A stretch of DNA of 64,000 bases. Origin: Bacteroidales bacterium. Lineage in GTDB: Bacteria; Bacteroidota; Bacteroidia; Bacteroidales; GCA-2711565. This document shows positions 31,517 to 39,539 of the stretch, piece after piece. Made by a program: the position numbers and the translations under genes. How positions within the stretch are numbered: position 1 is the stretch's first letter; each line of letters begins with the position of its first letter. Where the stretch lies: assembly GCA_963678785.1 (NCBI GenBank), contig OY787449.1:3505495-3569494 (forward strand), given 5' to 3'. The notes under the pieces are model-generated. The model searched no databases. It was given only the letters and a program-made list of their open reading frames with translations, and was not told the DNA's origin.

Positions 31517-32737
31517 TTATTTATTCTTTAATAATTTTTCTTCGTAATATCTTTCATCAAAAAGAAATGAAATGGAAATGAGAACGATTAAGCTAACAAC
31601 AAACTCAAGTCGAAATAATCCTTGATATCCGATACTTTGTGCAATCTTACCACTACTTACAGCTATCAGCAAACTACTTAAGTGGGTAATTACAATTTGA
31701 ATGGTGAAATCAGTCCCTTCGCGGCCTGCCCTTACATTGTCCATTGAAATGGTGTAAATAATCACAGTCGACATTCCGTATGCTGACCAAATGAGGGCAA
31801 TTCCCAGAATGATTTGTGATTTTGATGGAGTAAAATAAGTCATCCAACAAAAGTAGGATGAGGCCAGAAATGCAATGGTTGAGAAGAGAAGAATACTCTT
31901 TCTTTTTCCAATTTTTTTGACGATAAAACCTGCCGCAAAAGAAAAAGCTGCTCCAAAAGCTGCTCCATGAATACCGGATAAAATTCCAATTTCTTTGATG
32001 TTAAATCCTAAATCTACCAACCAGGGCTTTATCATGGTAAGAATTCCAATAATTCCGGAATAAAAAATACTCAGCAGTATAATTCGTTTATAAGCCTTCT
32101 TTTGTTTAAAGAATAATCCTATGTCTTTGAGAACAACGGGCTTGGATGGTTTGGGTTTTTCAGCCTCACGACCATTAAATAGATAAAGCGGAACCAGAGC
32201 CAGGAGGACGAATCCGGCCAGGGCCATGAGTAAATATTGCCATCCCCAGTAATAATAAATGATTAAAAGCAATCCGCTACCTGTGAGTGTACCCAAAAAA
32301 CTTCCGGCAGATTGCATACTGTTTCCAATGCTTCGTTCTTCTTTTTTTAAGATGAGAATGGCGTATGCATCTGTGGCTATATCCTGAGTAGCTGAGGCGG
32401 TAAAAGCGATCAACATTAAAATAATGATAATTTCAAAGTTTAAATCTAATTTCAGAAATGCTATGCCAAAAATAACCATGGCGTAAAATATCTCTGATAG
32501 AAAAATCCAATTCTTGTATTTTCGAACATTTCCAGCGGTTCTGTCGACCAATGGAGCCCATAAAAATTTTAAAATCCAGGGGAGTTTGATTAATTGAATT
32601 AATCCTATGGATGTAAGTGAGTAGTTTTCGGTACGCATGATCACAGGCATCACCGTTGAGAAGAAACTCATCGGGATGGCCTGTGCCAAATATAGGTTGA
32701 GCAGTGTAAAGTATTTACTGCCTGAAGTTTTAAACAT
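31517..32737 (-). CDS. MFS transporter (AmpG/PAT-like)
   Basis: 406 aa with about 12 hydrophobic segments. The N-terminal LYLAQAIPMSFFSTVMPVIMR pattern resembles AmpG-type MFS proteins. Confidence 0.65.
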   Translation of the reverse strand: MFKTSGSKYFTLLNLYLAQAIPMSFFSTVMPVIMRTENYSLTSIGLIQLIKLPWILKFLWAPLVDRTAGNVRKYKNWIFLSEIFYAMVIFGIAFLKLDLNFEIIIILMLIAFTASATQDIATDAYAILILKKEERSIGNSMQSAGSFLGTLTGSGLLLIIYYYWGWQYLLMALAGFVLLALVPLYLFNGREAEKPKPSKPVVLKDIGLFFKQKKAYKRIILLSIFYSGIIGILTMIKPWLVDLGFNIKEIGILSGIHGAAFGAAFSFAAGFIVKKIGKRKSILLFSTIAFLASSYFCWMTYFTPSKSQIILGIALIWSAYGMSTVIIYTISMDNVRAGREGTDFTIQIVITHLSSLLIAVSSGKIAQSIGYQGLFRLEFVVSLIVLISISFLFDERYYEEKLLKNK

Positions 32738-32740
32738 CTG

Positions 32741-34846
32741 TTAAAATTTTAGTTTAGCGAAGAAACCGAATTGAGCTGGTTTTCCGAGTTGAACATAAGC
32801 TTTTCCGAAAGAGGAGAAATAAAAGGCATTGTAATCTGTTTCAAAAATATTTTTACCCCATAATCCAAAATCAACAGATGAGCTTATAAAAGTAATTTTA
32901 GCATTGGTAATTCCATAATTCTTCTGAAAAGCAATGTTTTCCTCATCCCAATACATTTTTCCCATGTGCTGATAACTAAAGTTAAAGTGTGCTTTATTGA
33001 TAAAAGAGTCTTTAAAATTGATGCTGTAATCAGTTCCAATTCCAAAAGTGTATTTAGGCACGTTTGGAATCAAATTATCACTTAAATCAATATCTTTAGT
33101 ATTGATGTATTCTGTAAATTTTGCTTCAGTAAATCCAAAACTTGTCCATATTTGCCAGTTGTTTGTAAAAATCATATTTGCCTCAAATTCAATTCCCTGG
33201 CTTATTGATGTTCCTGCATTTTTGGTCATCGAGCCCTGCCCGCTGGGAACCGGCTGGGCTACTTGTTGATTGTTGATATCAATGTGAAAGAGATTTAGAT
33301 TGGTGGTTAATCGTTTGTTGATCCAGCTTGATTTGAGCCCGAATTCGTAATTCCAGCTGGTTTCAGGACCATAAACCCTGTCATCATCAGATTCGAAGGT
33401 GAAATTGAAACCTCCCGCTTTAAACCCTTTGGTTGTTGTAAAAAATAAGGTTAAATTTTCTGTGGGAACATAAGCCAACGAAACTTTGGGCGTAAGCTGA
33501 TCAAATCTTAAATCACTTTTAAATCCAGGTTTGATTTCATCACTTCCATCTTTAGTAATAGTATAAGTATAGTCGAGATCTGCGGATTCAAGATCTAAGC
33601 GCAATCCACCTGTAAAATTAAATTTACCAAAAGGCATTGTGGATTGACCATAAAGTGCAAATCCGGATGTTGGTAAATCATAAGTTTTTAAATAAGAATA
33701 ATTATCATAAGGCCAGTTTCTCGCCCGTATAAAATCATCTCCATACGTAACATTTACTCCTTTATCAGTAAGTTGTTTGAAAAACATTGAGCCTAATAAC
33801 CAGGTTATTTTTGCCTTTGGCTTTGAGTGTATATTAAGTTCTTGATATAAGGTGTGATGGGTTCGGTCCTGGTCGATGAAATACAGATTTGCAGGTGAAA
33901 AATCCTGATCGATGAAAAAGATATCATCCATGTTTTGATAACCTGTTGCAGAATTTAATACAAACCAATTTCCGATATACTCAAGGTTTAAACCAATTGA
34001 TAGTTGATCTCTGTCGTACGAACTTTCTTTGTTGTAGCTTATATCATTGGCTGTTTGAGTTTCTGTATTGTAAACGGCATAAGCATATCCAAGTTGATTA
34101 TTCCTTTCGAAATCAACAGAAAGTGTGGCTTTAAAATCATTATTTGGCCTGTACGCGAGTTTAAATCTTGCAGCATAAGTATCAAATGCATCTGCCTTTT
34201 TATTGGTATACTGGTTGGTAAAGAAACCATCACCATGCGCATAAGCCGCATTAAAAACCGTATAAAATTTAGAACTTAATGGTTGATTGATGTGAAGCAA
34301 GGTTTTGGATTGGTTGTAATTACCGTAATCCGTTTTAATGTAGCCGCCAAAAAGTGCTTTGGGGTCCTGGGTATAAACCTTAATCAGACCGCCCATGGTA
34401 TTTCTTCCGTAAAGGGTTCCTTGTGGTCCTCTCAAAATCTCAATTTTATCAATATCCAGAAATTCAAAATTAAATGATCCTTTCTCAAAATAGGGGATAT
34501 TATCTACATAAAGACCTACCGAAGGTTGCACATCACGACGCAGACCCATTCCTCGGGAATATACCGGTGGTGACATTTTTGAACCATAATCTAAAACAAA
34601 GAAATTTGGAATTCTGGCACTTAAATCTGCCATGGTGTTAATATTTTCTTGCTCTATTTTTTTAGCAGCAATCATGGAAACTGCTATGGGGGTTTCCTGA
34701 ATTTTAGTGGTAACTTTTTCAGCCTGAACCGTGATTTCTTCAAGATCCACAATTCGAGGAACCCTTTTGTAAACGGTGTCAGCTAATGAAAAAGCAAAAA
34801 GCGGGAAACATAAAATTAGGATGATAATTATATATCTTGATTTCAT
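32741..34846 (-). CDS. TonB-dependent outer-membrane receptor
   Basis: 701 aa. It has a signal peptide, a plug-domain pattern (IEILRGPQGTLYGRNTMGG), and a C-terminal aromatic residue (…FAKLKF). Confidence 0.88.
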   Translation of the reverse strand: MKSRYIIIILILCFPLFAFSLADTVYKRVPRIVDLEEITVQAEKVTTKIQETPIAVSMIAAKKIEQENINTMADLSARIPNFFVLDYGSKMSPPVYSRGMGLRRDVQPSVGLYVDNIPYFEKGSFNFEFLDIDKIEILRGPQGTLYGRNTMGGLIKVYTQDPKALFGGYIKTDYGNYNQSKTLLHINQPLSSKFYTVFNAAYAHGDGFFTNQYTNKKADAFDTYAARFKLAYRPNNDFKATLSVDFERNNQLGYAYAVYNTETQTANDISYNKESSYDRDQLSIGLNLEYIGNWFVLNSATGYQNMDDIFFIDQDFSPANLYFIDQDRTHHTLYQELNIHSKPKAKITWLLGSMFFKQLTDKGVNVTYGDDFIRARNWPYDNYSYLKTYDLPTSGFALYGQSTMPFGKFNFTGGLRLDLESADLDYTYTITKDGSDEIKPGFKSDLRFDQLTPKVSLAYVPTENLTLFFTTTKGFKAGGFNFTFESDDDRVYGPETSWNYEFGLKSSWINKRLTTNLNLFHIDINNQQVAQPVPSGQGSMTKNAGTSISQGIEFEANMIFTNNWQIWTSFGFTEAKFTEYINTKDIDLSDNLIPNVPKYTFGIGTDYSINFKDSFINKAHFNFSYQHMGKMYWDEENIAFQKNYGITNAKITFISSSVDFGLWGKNIFETDYNAFYFSSFGKAYVQLGKPAQFGFFAKLKF

Positions 34847-34890
34847 TGAATGTTGTATTAGTATGTTAGATTAGTCAATATGTCTGGTTG

Positions 34891-34915
34891 TTATGCCAGT
34901 ATATATTTGGCATAA
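34891..34915. promoter_or_regulatory. Inverted repeat TTATGCCA-N9-TGGCATAA upstream of the TonB-receptor operon
   Basis: The arms are perfect 8-bp repeats at 34891-34898 and 34908-34915, 45-70 bp upstream of the receptor start codon (34846). Confidence 0.35.
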
Positions 34916-34990
34916 TAAATAGTTTGTATCGATTTTATCTGATACAGAAACTAAATAAACCAGGTTAAACAAGTTTTGTAATGAAATTAA

Positions 34991-35356
34991 TTAAACAGAT
35001 GGGGGAGGGCGCGAGAAACTGGCTTGTGCAAAATGAAATGAATAAGCGGGCTTAAAACTACGACATTCTAAAGGTGGCTTAATCAAATTTTCGCTAAGCT
35101 TTGGATTGAACTTCTTAAGCTCAGTATTTATGTAATTTTGATTGTAATATTCATGAATTGAAATAACACAATCCTGATTTGAATTGTCATCAGTAGTTAC
35201 TTCAATATTATATGAGATTTTATCATTATTTGAAACAGGCACATCAGTTGTTTGGCCAATATTAAAAAACAGAAATAGAAGATACAAACCGGAAGAAATT
35301 CCGGATGATATCAGGATGAAAGGCAATTGCATATTTATGAGTCCTTCAAAAAACAT
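34991..35356 (-). CDS. Hypothetical membrane-anchored protein
   Basis: 121 aa with one N-terminal hydrophobic helix. It begins 1 nt after the stop of the upstream small membrane protein gene (the start could be M9 at 35332). Confidence 0.4.
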   Translation of the reverse strand: MFFEGLINMQLPFILISSGISSGLYLLFLFFNIGQTTDVPVSNNDKISYNIEVTTDDNSNQDCVISIHEYYNQNYINTELKKFNPKLSENLIKPPLECRSFKPAYSFHFAQASFSRPPPSV

Positions 35357-35357
35357 C

Positions 35358-35669
35358 TTATCTCCTTTTGGGGTTTTTAGGGAACCAACCTTTTTTTACT
35401 CTGTTTTCTTGTTCGATAATTTCGTGTATGCCCCAAAGATAATTAAAACCGATGATTGCAACGATGGCCGAAACTATGATATTTATCAGTAAAAATGATG
35501 ATAAAACCGCGATTATGCCAATAATTAAAAATGCAATCCAAAGTTTTTTTGTAAAATAGTATTCTCCGGCAATGCATGAATAACGTGCAAAAATTATAAT
35601 GAGAAATGAAGCCAATCCGACTATAACCCCAATTAAATTAATGCTATGTCCAAATATTTCAATATTCAT
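35358..35669 (-). CDS. Small 3-TM membrane protein (DUF4491-like), paralog 1
   Basis: 103 aa ending in a basic tail (...WGIHEIIEQENRVKKGWFPKNPKRR). It is paralogous to 35719-36015. Confidence 0.55.
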   Translation of the reverse strand: MNIEIFGHSINLIGVIVGLASFLIIIFARYSCIAGEYYFTKKLWIAFLIIGIIAVLSSFLLINIIVSAIVAIIGFNYLWGIHEIIEQENRVKKGWFPKNPKRR

Positions 35670-35718
35670 TTAGAAATTGCTTATGTCGTTTAATTATCTA
35701 TTTATCATTAGTCAATAA

Positions 35719-36015
35719 TCATTTATAATTTCTATTTGGATTTCTTTTGGCACTACCTTTTAATACGCGTTCATGTTGTTTAAAAATTTCAACGGTACTC
35801 CAAATACAGGCAAAACCAAATACGCCAAATATGACTGAAAAAATATCACTAAAAAAGAAGGAAAGGATAATAAAAACAATTCCAGGGAATAATAACATCC
35901 ACCAACTTTTTTTTCCCAGATGATATTCCATTTTAATCACAATGGGATGAAATACTCCAATCGCTATGAAAGCAATTAGTCCAAATAAGGGTCCGATAAA
36001 ATTAATGTCATTCAT
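35719..36015 (-). CDS. Small 3-TM membrane protein (DUF4491-like), paralog 2
   Basis: 98 aa ending in a basic tail (...WSTVEIFKQHERVLKGSAKRNPNRNYK). Confidence 0.55.
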   Translation of the reverse strand: MNDINFIGPLFGLIAFIAIGVFHPIVIKMEYHLGKKSWWMLLFPGIVFIILSFFFSDIFSVIFGVFGFACIWSTVEIFKQHERVLKGSAKRNPNRNYK

Positions 36016-36121
36016 TTAGGTATCCATTTACTGAAATGCAAATTTAATCGAAATATTAGAATGAAATACCATTTAAGTAAATATCTTAAACTAATATTTA
36101 TCATATTATTTGAGAATCTAG

Positions 36122-36151
36122 CAAAAAAAAAGCTCCCGAATATCGGGAGCT
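36122..36151 (-). terminator. Rho-independent terminator after the beta-barrel gene
   Basis: The stem is AGCTCCCGA (36131-36139) / TCGGGAGCT (36143-36151). It is preceded on the plus strand by a 9-A run, which gives a U-run on the minus transcript. Confidence 0.85.
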
Positions 36152-36176
36152 TTTATATGTTACGTATATTCTATTT

Positions 36177-37004
36177 CTAGAACGCGATACCTAATTTTAA
36201 CATAGGACGAGATAAGAAAGAAAACGTACTTTGATCCGCTCTGGCTAAATCCATACCTTCTTTGACTGCCATTTGAGTCATTGAGTAGAAGTAGTTTAAT
36301 GCATTGATAGAAGCACCAATAAATAAACCATCTGCTACATAATACTCGAAGCCAACAGGTAAAGCAAATCCCCAAGAAACAATTTCTCCTCTTTGCATTC
36401 CTGTTATATCAACAACAGGATTAGTACCGAGGTCATAAGTAGACATAGGCACTTCATAACGATCTGAACCGTGCGCATAAAGGAAGCTGAAACCTACATA
36501 AGGTAAAAGCTGTTTGTTAGGTAAATCAAAATAGTGACTTACTCCAATTTCCATATTCCAATCAAAATCTGCTTCAAAAGCAACAGCTTCAATGGTAGGA
36601 ATAATCCAAGGAGATGCTGGTACGTCAGGATCTTGTTGGATACCCATAATTGAATTTTGTGTTGGGTTTGCTCTAAGAATACCTAATCCGGTTAGATTTA
36701 AACTCCAGTTGGGTTTAAACATCCAACGGAATTCAACACCAATCATGTTGGTAGAAGGGTTATCATTTTGGTCTATGCCATAAACGTATGGTACTACAGG
36801 TTGTACACTAGAACTGTACGATGAATAAGTCGAACCATCCAGGATTACATAATCTGTTGATGAGAAGCCCCGGCCAAAGTTCAAGCTGAACTTGAACTTA
36901 TGGCAGTTTGCTTCATTATTAAATTCTCCTGTTTGATTCTCCTGAGCACCTACTAATGTTACAACCCCTAATACTAAAATTAAGATTATAAATAATTTTT
37001 TCAT
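36177..37004 (-). CDS. Small outer-membrane beta-barrel protein
   Basis: The signal peptide is MKKLFIILILVLGVVTLVGAQ (ATG at 37004; the ORF track extends to 37025). The sequence has an alternating aromatic/hydrophobic pattern and a C-terminal ...LKLGIAF. Confidence 0.65.
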   Translation of the reverse strand: MKKLFIILILVLGVVTLVGAQENQTGEFNNEANCHKFKFSLNFGRGFSSTDYVILDGSTYSSYSSSVQPVVPYVYGIDQNDNPSTNMIGVEFRWMFKPNWSLNLTGLGILRANPTQNSIMGIQQDPDVPASPWIIPTIEAVAFEADFDWNMEIGVSHYFDLPNKQLLPYVGFSFLYAHGSDRYEVPMSTYDLGTNPVVDITGMQRGEIVSWGFALPVGFEYYVADGLFIGASINALNYFYSMTQMAVKEGMDLARADQSTFSFLSRPMLKLGIAF

Positions 37005-37036
37005 ATATAAAGGTTTTATAAACATTTAGTAGTTGC

Positions 37037-39070
37037 TTAATTTGCTAATGCTTCGTCAAGTAATGCTTTCCAAAGATCAACTTGAGCTTGTTGAGCAACC
37101 AATTCTGCTTCAAGTTCTGCTAAGTCAGCCATGAATTTGTCATAGTTAACAAGACCATTTGCATAAGTCCATTCAGCAACACCAACAGCAATTTCAGAAG
37201 CAGTTACAGTACCTTGAGCAGTTACAATCGCAGCTTCAAATACAGTTAAGAAATTGTCATTAACAACACCTAATGCAGTATATAAACCTTTAACTGTGAT
37301 CAAAGTCGCAAGTTCAGCATTTCTAAGAGTTACAACGCTGTCTAATAATCTCATTGGTTCGAATGCTAATGCTAATGCATCTGCAGCAGCAGTTTTAGCA
37401 GTGGCAGCAGCAGTTTTAGCAGCTAATTTAGCATCTACAGTTGCTTGTAATCCTGCTACGAAATCATCGTAGTATGCAGCTTTCCAAGTTTCATAATCTG
37501 GACGAACAGCTTCTTTATAAGCTTCAGCAAGAGTCACAGCATTTAATAAATCAGCCATGAAAGTTTGGTGATATAGATAATCAGATGTTAGATCTGGCAA
37601 TGCAGCAGTAAGAACTGCAACACGTGCTATTCTAGTAGTTTTAGCAGTGTTAAGACCAGTGATTGTTGAGTTTCTTGCAGTAAGTAATGCAGCAAAACCA
37701 GTTACAGCTGTATCAACTTTTGCGTTTTGAGTAGTTACAGATGTGTTATAAGCTAAGAATGCAGCAGCAGTATCAACAACAGCAGCAGGAATAGTAACAG
37801 TTGCTAAAGTACCTTTTTCCCAATACAGGATAGTACTGTCAGCTGAATTGATACCAATTGTTGCAGCTAAAGCAACATCACCAGCAGAGAAACGAAGTCT
37901 TTGTGCAGCTAATGAGTCAGTTAAAACTTGTAACTGTGCAGCTTTAGTATTATAAGAAGTAGAATCAGCTTCCCAGGCAGCAACAGAAGCTACATAAGCA
38001 GCCAATTTAGCTACAGTATCAGCATTGTACAAATTGATAGAATCTGTGTACATTCCAGCTGTGTCAGTATGAAGTGCGATAAGAGCGTCAATGTCAGTAG
38101 TTCCTAATGCAATAGTATCTAAAGCATTATAATAAAGGGTAGCTGAAGTTGCTGTGTCAGTAGCACCTGCAGTTAATCTTGTATTTGTGTTTGTTACACT
38201 GTCAAGAGCAGCTTTCCAGAAATCAGGAACTGGATGTGTTCCAATGGTGTCTGATAAGAATGTAGTTTCTGCATTAGCAAGTGCAGTTAAAGCAGTTGTG
38301 TAAGCAGTTGAAGCAGTTGTATAAGCAGCAGCGGCAGCAATATAAGCAGCATTTTCTACAGCAGTATCAGCTTCTAAAGCTTGCTTTTCAATAGCTAAAT
38401 TAGCTAATTCATGACGAAGCAAAGTAGAATCATTATACAAATCTGCAATTTTAGCAACAGTTGCGTCAGCATCACCTAAAAGCGCTTTAGCAGCAACTAA
38501 CTCATCTTGTAAAACAGCAAGTGCAGCTTGGTCAGCAGCTAAAGTAGCTTTAGCTGCAGTAAGTGCTGAATCTGTACCATTAACAAGGTCAAGATTTAAC
38601 ATTACTATTTGACGTTGCTTGTCATAAATAGCTTGTTGAGTAGCAGTTACAACAGCCATAGCAGCTGTGTATTTACCGAAATACAATGCTATTGCTGTTT
38701 CTTTAGCTGTTTGTACAGCTAGTAAATAAGCATCCTGTAAAGCATCGTCAGCACGTTGAGCAGCAGCAAGAGCAATCTTGTTAGTCTCAATTGTTTGTGC
38801 TAATGTTTCAAGAGCAAGTGCAGTAGCAGCATCAGTACCAGCAGCAGTTGCAAGATTCATTGCAGCAATAGCATTTTGTACAGCAGCTTGTGCTCTTGTG
38901 AGTTCTGCATCAGCATTCGCTTTGATAATTTCAGCTTGTGCTTTTGCATTTAAAAATGCGGCGTAAGCTGAACGTACCTCTTCGATACCTGGGCTTACTT
39001 CATTTTTCATACAGCTTGTTAAAAACAAAACTGAAGCGAAAAATGCGATCAGTGTAATTTTGATTTTCAT
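37037..39070 (-). CDS. Ala/Thr/Leu-rich, predicted all-alpha (coiled-coil-like) lipoprotein, function unknown
   Basis: 677 aa. It has a lipoprotein signal MKIKITLIAFFASVLFLTSC. I counted 26 Ala in the first 100 residues. The composition is low-complexity throughout but contains no exact repeat. Confidence 0.6.
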   Translation of the reverse strand: MKIKITLIAFFASVLFLTSCMKNEVSPGIEEVRSAYAAFLNAKAQAEIIKANADAELTRAQAAVQNAIAAMNLATAAGTDAATALALETLAQTIETNKIALAAAQRADDALQDAYLLAVQTAKETAIALYFGKYTAAMAVVTATQQAIYDKQRQIVMLNLDLVNGTDSALTAAKATLAADQAALAVLQDELVAAKALLGDADATVAKIADLYNDSTLLRHELANLAIEKQALEADTAVENAAYIAAAAAYTTASTAYTTALTALANAETTFLSDTIGTHPVPDFWKAALDSVTNTNTRLTAGATDTATSATLYYNALDTIALGTTDIDALIALHTDTAGMYTDSINLYNADTVAKLAAYVASVAAWEADSTSYNTKAAQLQVLTDSLAAQRLRFSAGDVALAATIGINSADSTILYWEKGTLATVTIPAAVVDTAAAFLAYNTSVTTQNAKVDTAVTGFAALLTARNSTITGLNTAKTTRIARVAVLTAALPDLTSDYLYHQTFMADLLNAVTLAEAYKEAVRPDYETWKAAYYDDFVAGLQATVDAKLAAKTAAATAKTAAADALALAFEPMRLLDSVVTLRNAELATLITVKGLYTALGVVNDNFLTVFEAAIVTAQGTVTASEIAVGVAEWTYANGLVNYDKFMADLAELEAELVAQQAQVDLWKALLDEALAN

Positions 39071-39122
39071 GAGTTTTTTTTTTGATTAAACAAATGATTA
39101 ATAAATAATATGAATTGATTAA

Positions 39123-39155
39123 GAAATTGCGCTTGAGATTCTCTCAATGAATTTC
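39123..39155. promoter_or_regulatory. Nested inverted repeat GAAATT-gcgc-TTGAGA-ttc-TCTCAA-tg-AATTTC
   Basis: Read directly from the sequence. It lies 53-85 bp upstream of the Ala-rich lipoprotein start (39070), in the divergent intergenic region shared with the Kelch/wHTH-like gene. Confidence 0.35.
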
Positions 39156-39539
39156 ACGATTTAATAACAAATATACCCTTTTCGTTTCTTTAATAAAAAC
39201 AAGTATGATTAGTAATAGGAGAAATATCAAATCCCCTATATTAAAATTGACTTAAATATACTGATAATCAAATATTAAAGTATAAATAATAATATGTGCA
39301 GAAATATGTAAAAATTGCGTATATTTGAGCAAAATTAAGGTTTTTCCAATACGGGAATATTTTATTCCCCTAAATATTTGGACTAAAATCAGAATGGTAA
39401 TATTTTTAATAGAAGGATTGTTATTGTTATGCTTCCAGAGGTTGTTATAAGAAGTTTTAAGAAGTTTTCTTGTAGAATGAATGTATCTATACGAAAAGAT
39501 GTTTTAGTTGATTTAAAGGCGTTTTTTATTAACAGTGTA

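Noticed and set aside
37254-38966. Plus-strand ORFs 37254-37472 and 38778-38966 are rich in Ala, Val and Ser.
   Set aside because: They are antisense shadows created by the GCN-rich codon usage of the Ala-rich lipoprotein gene.
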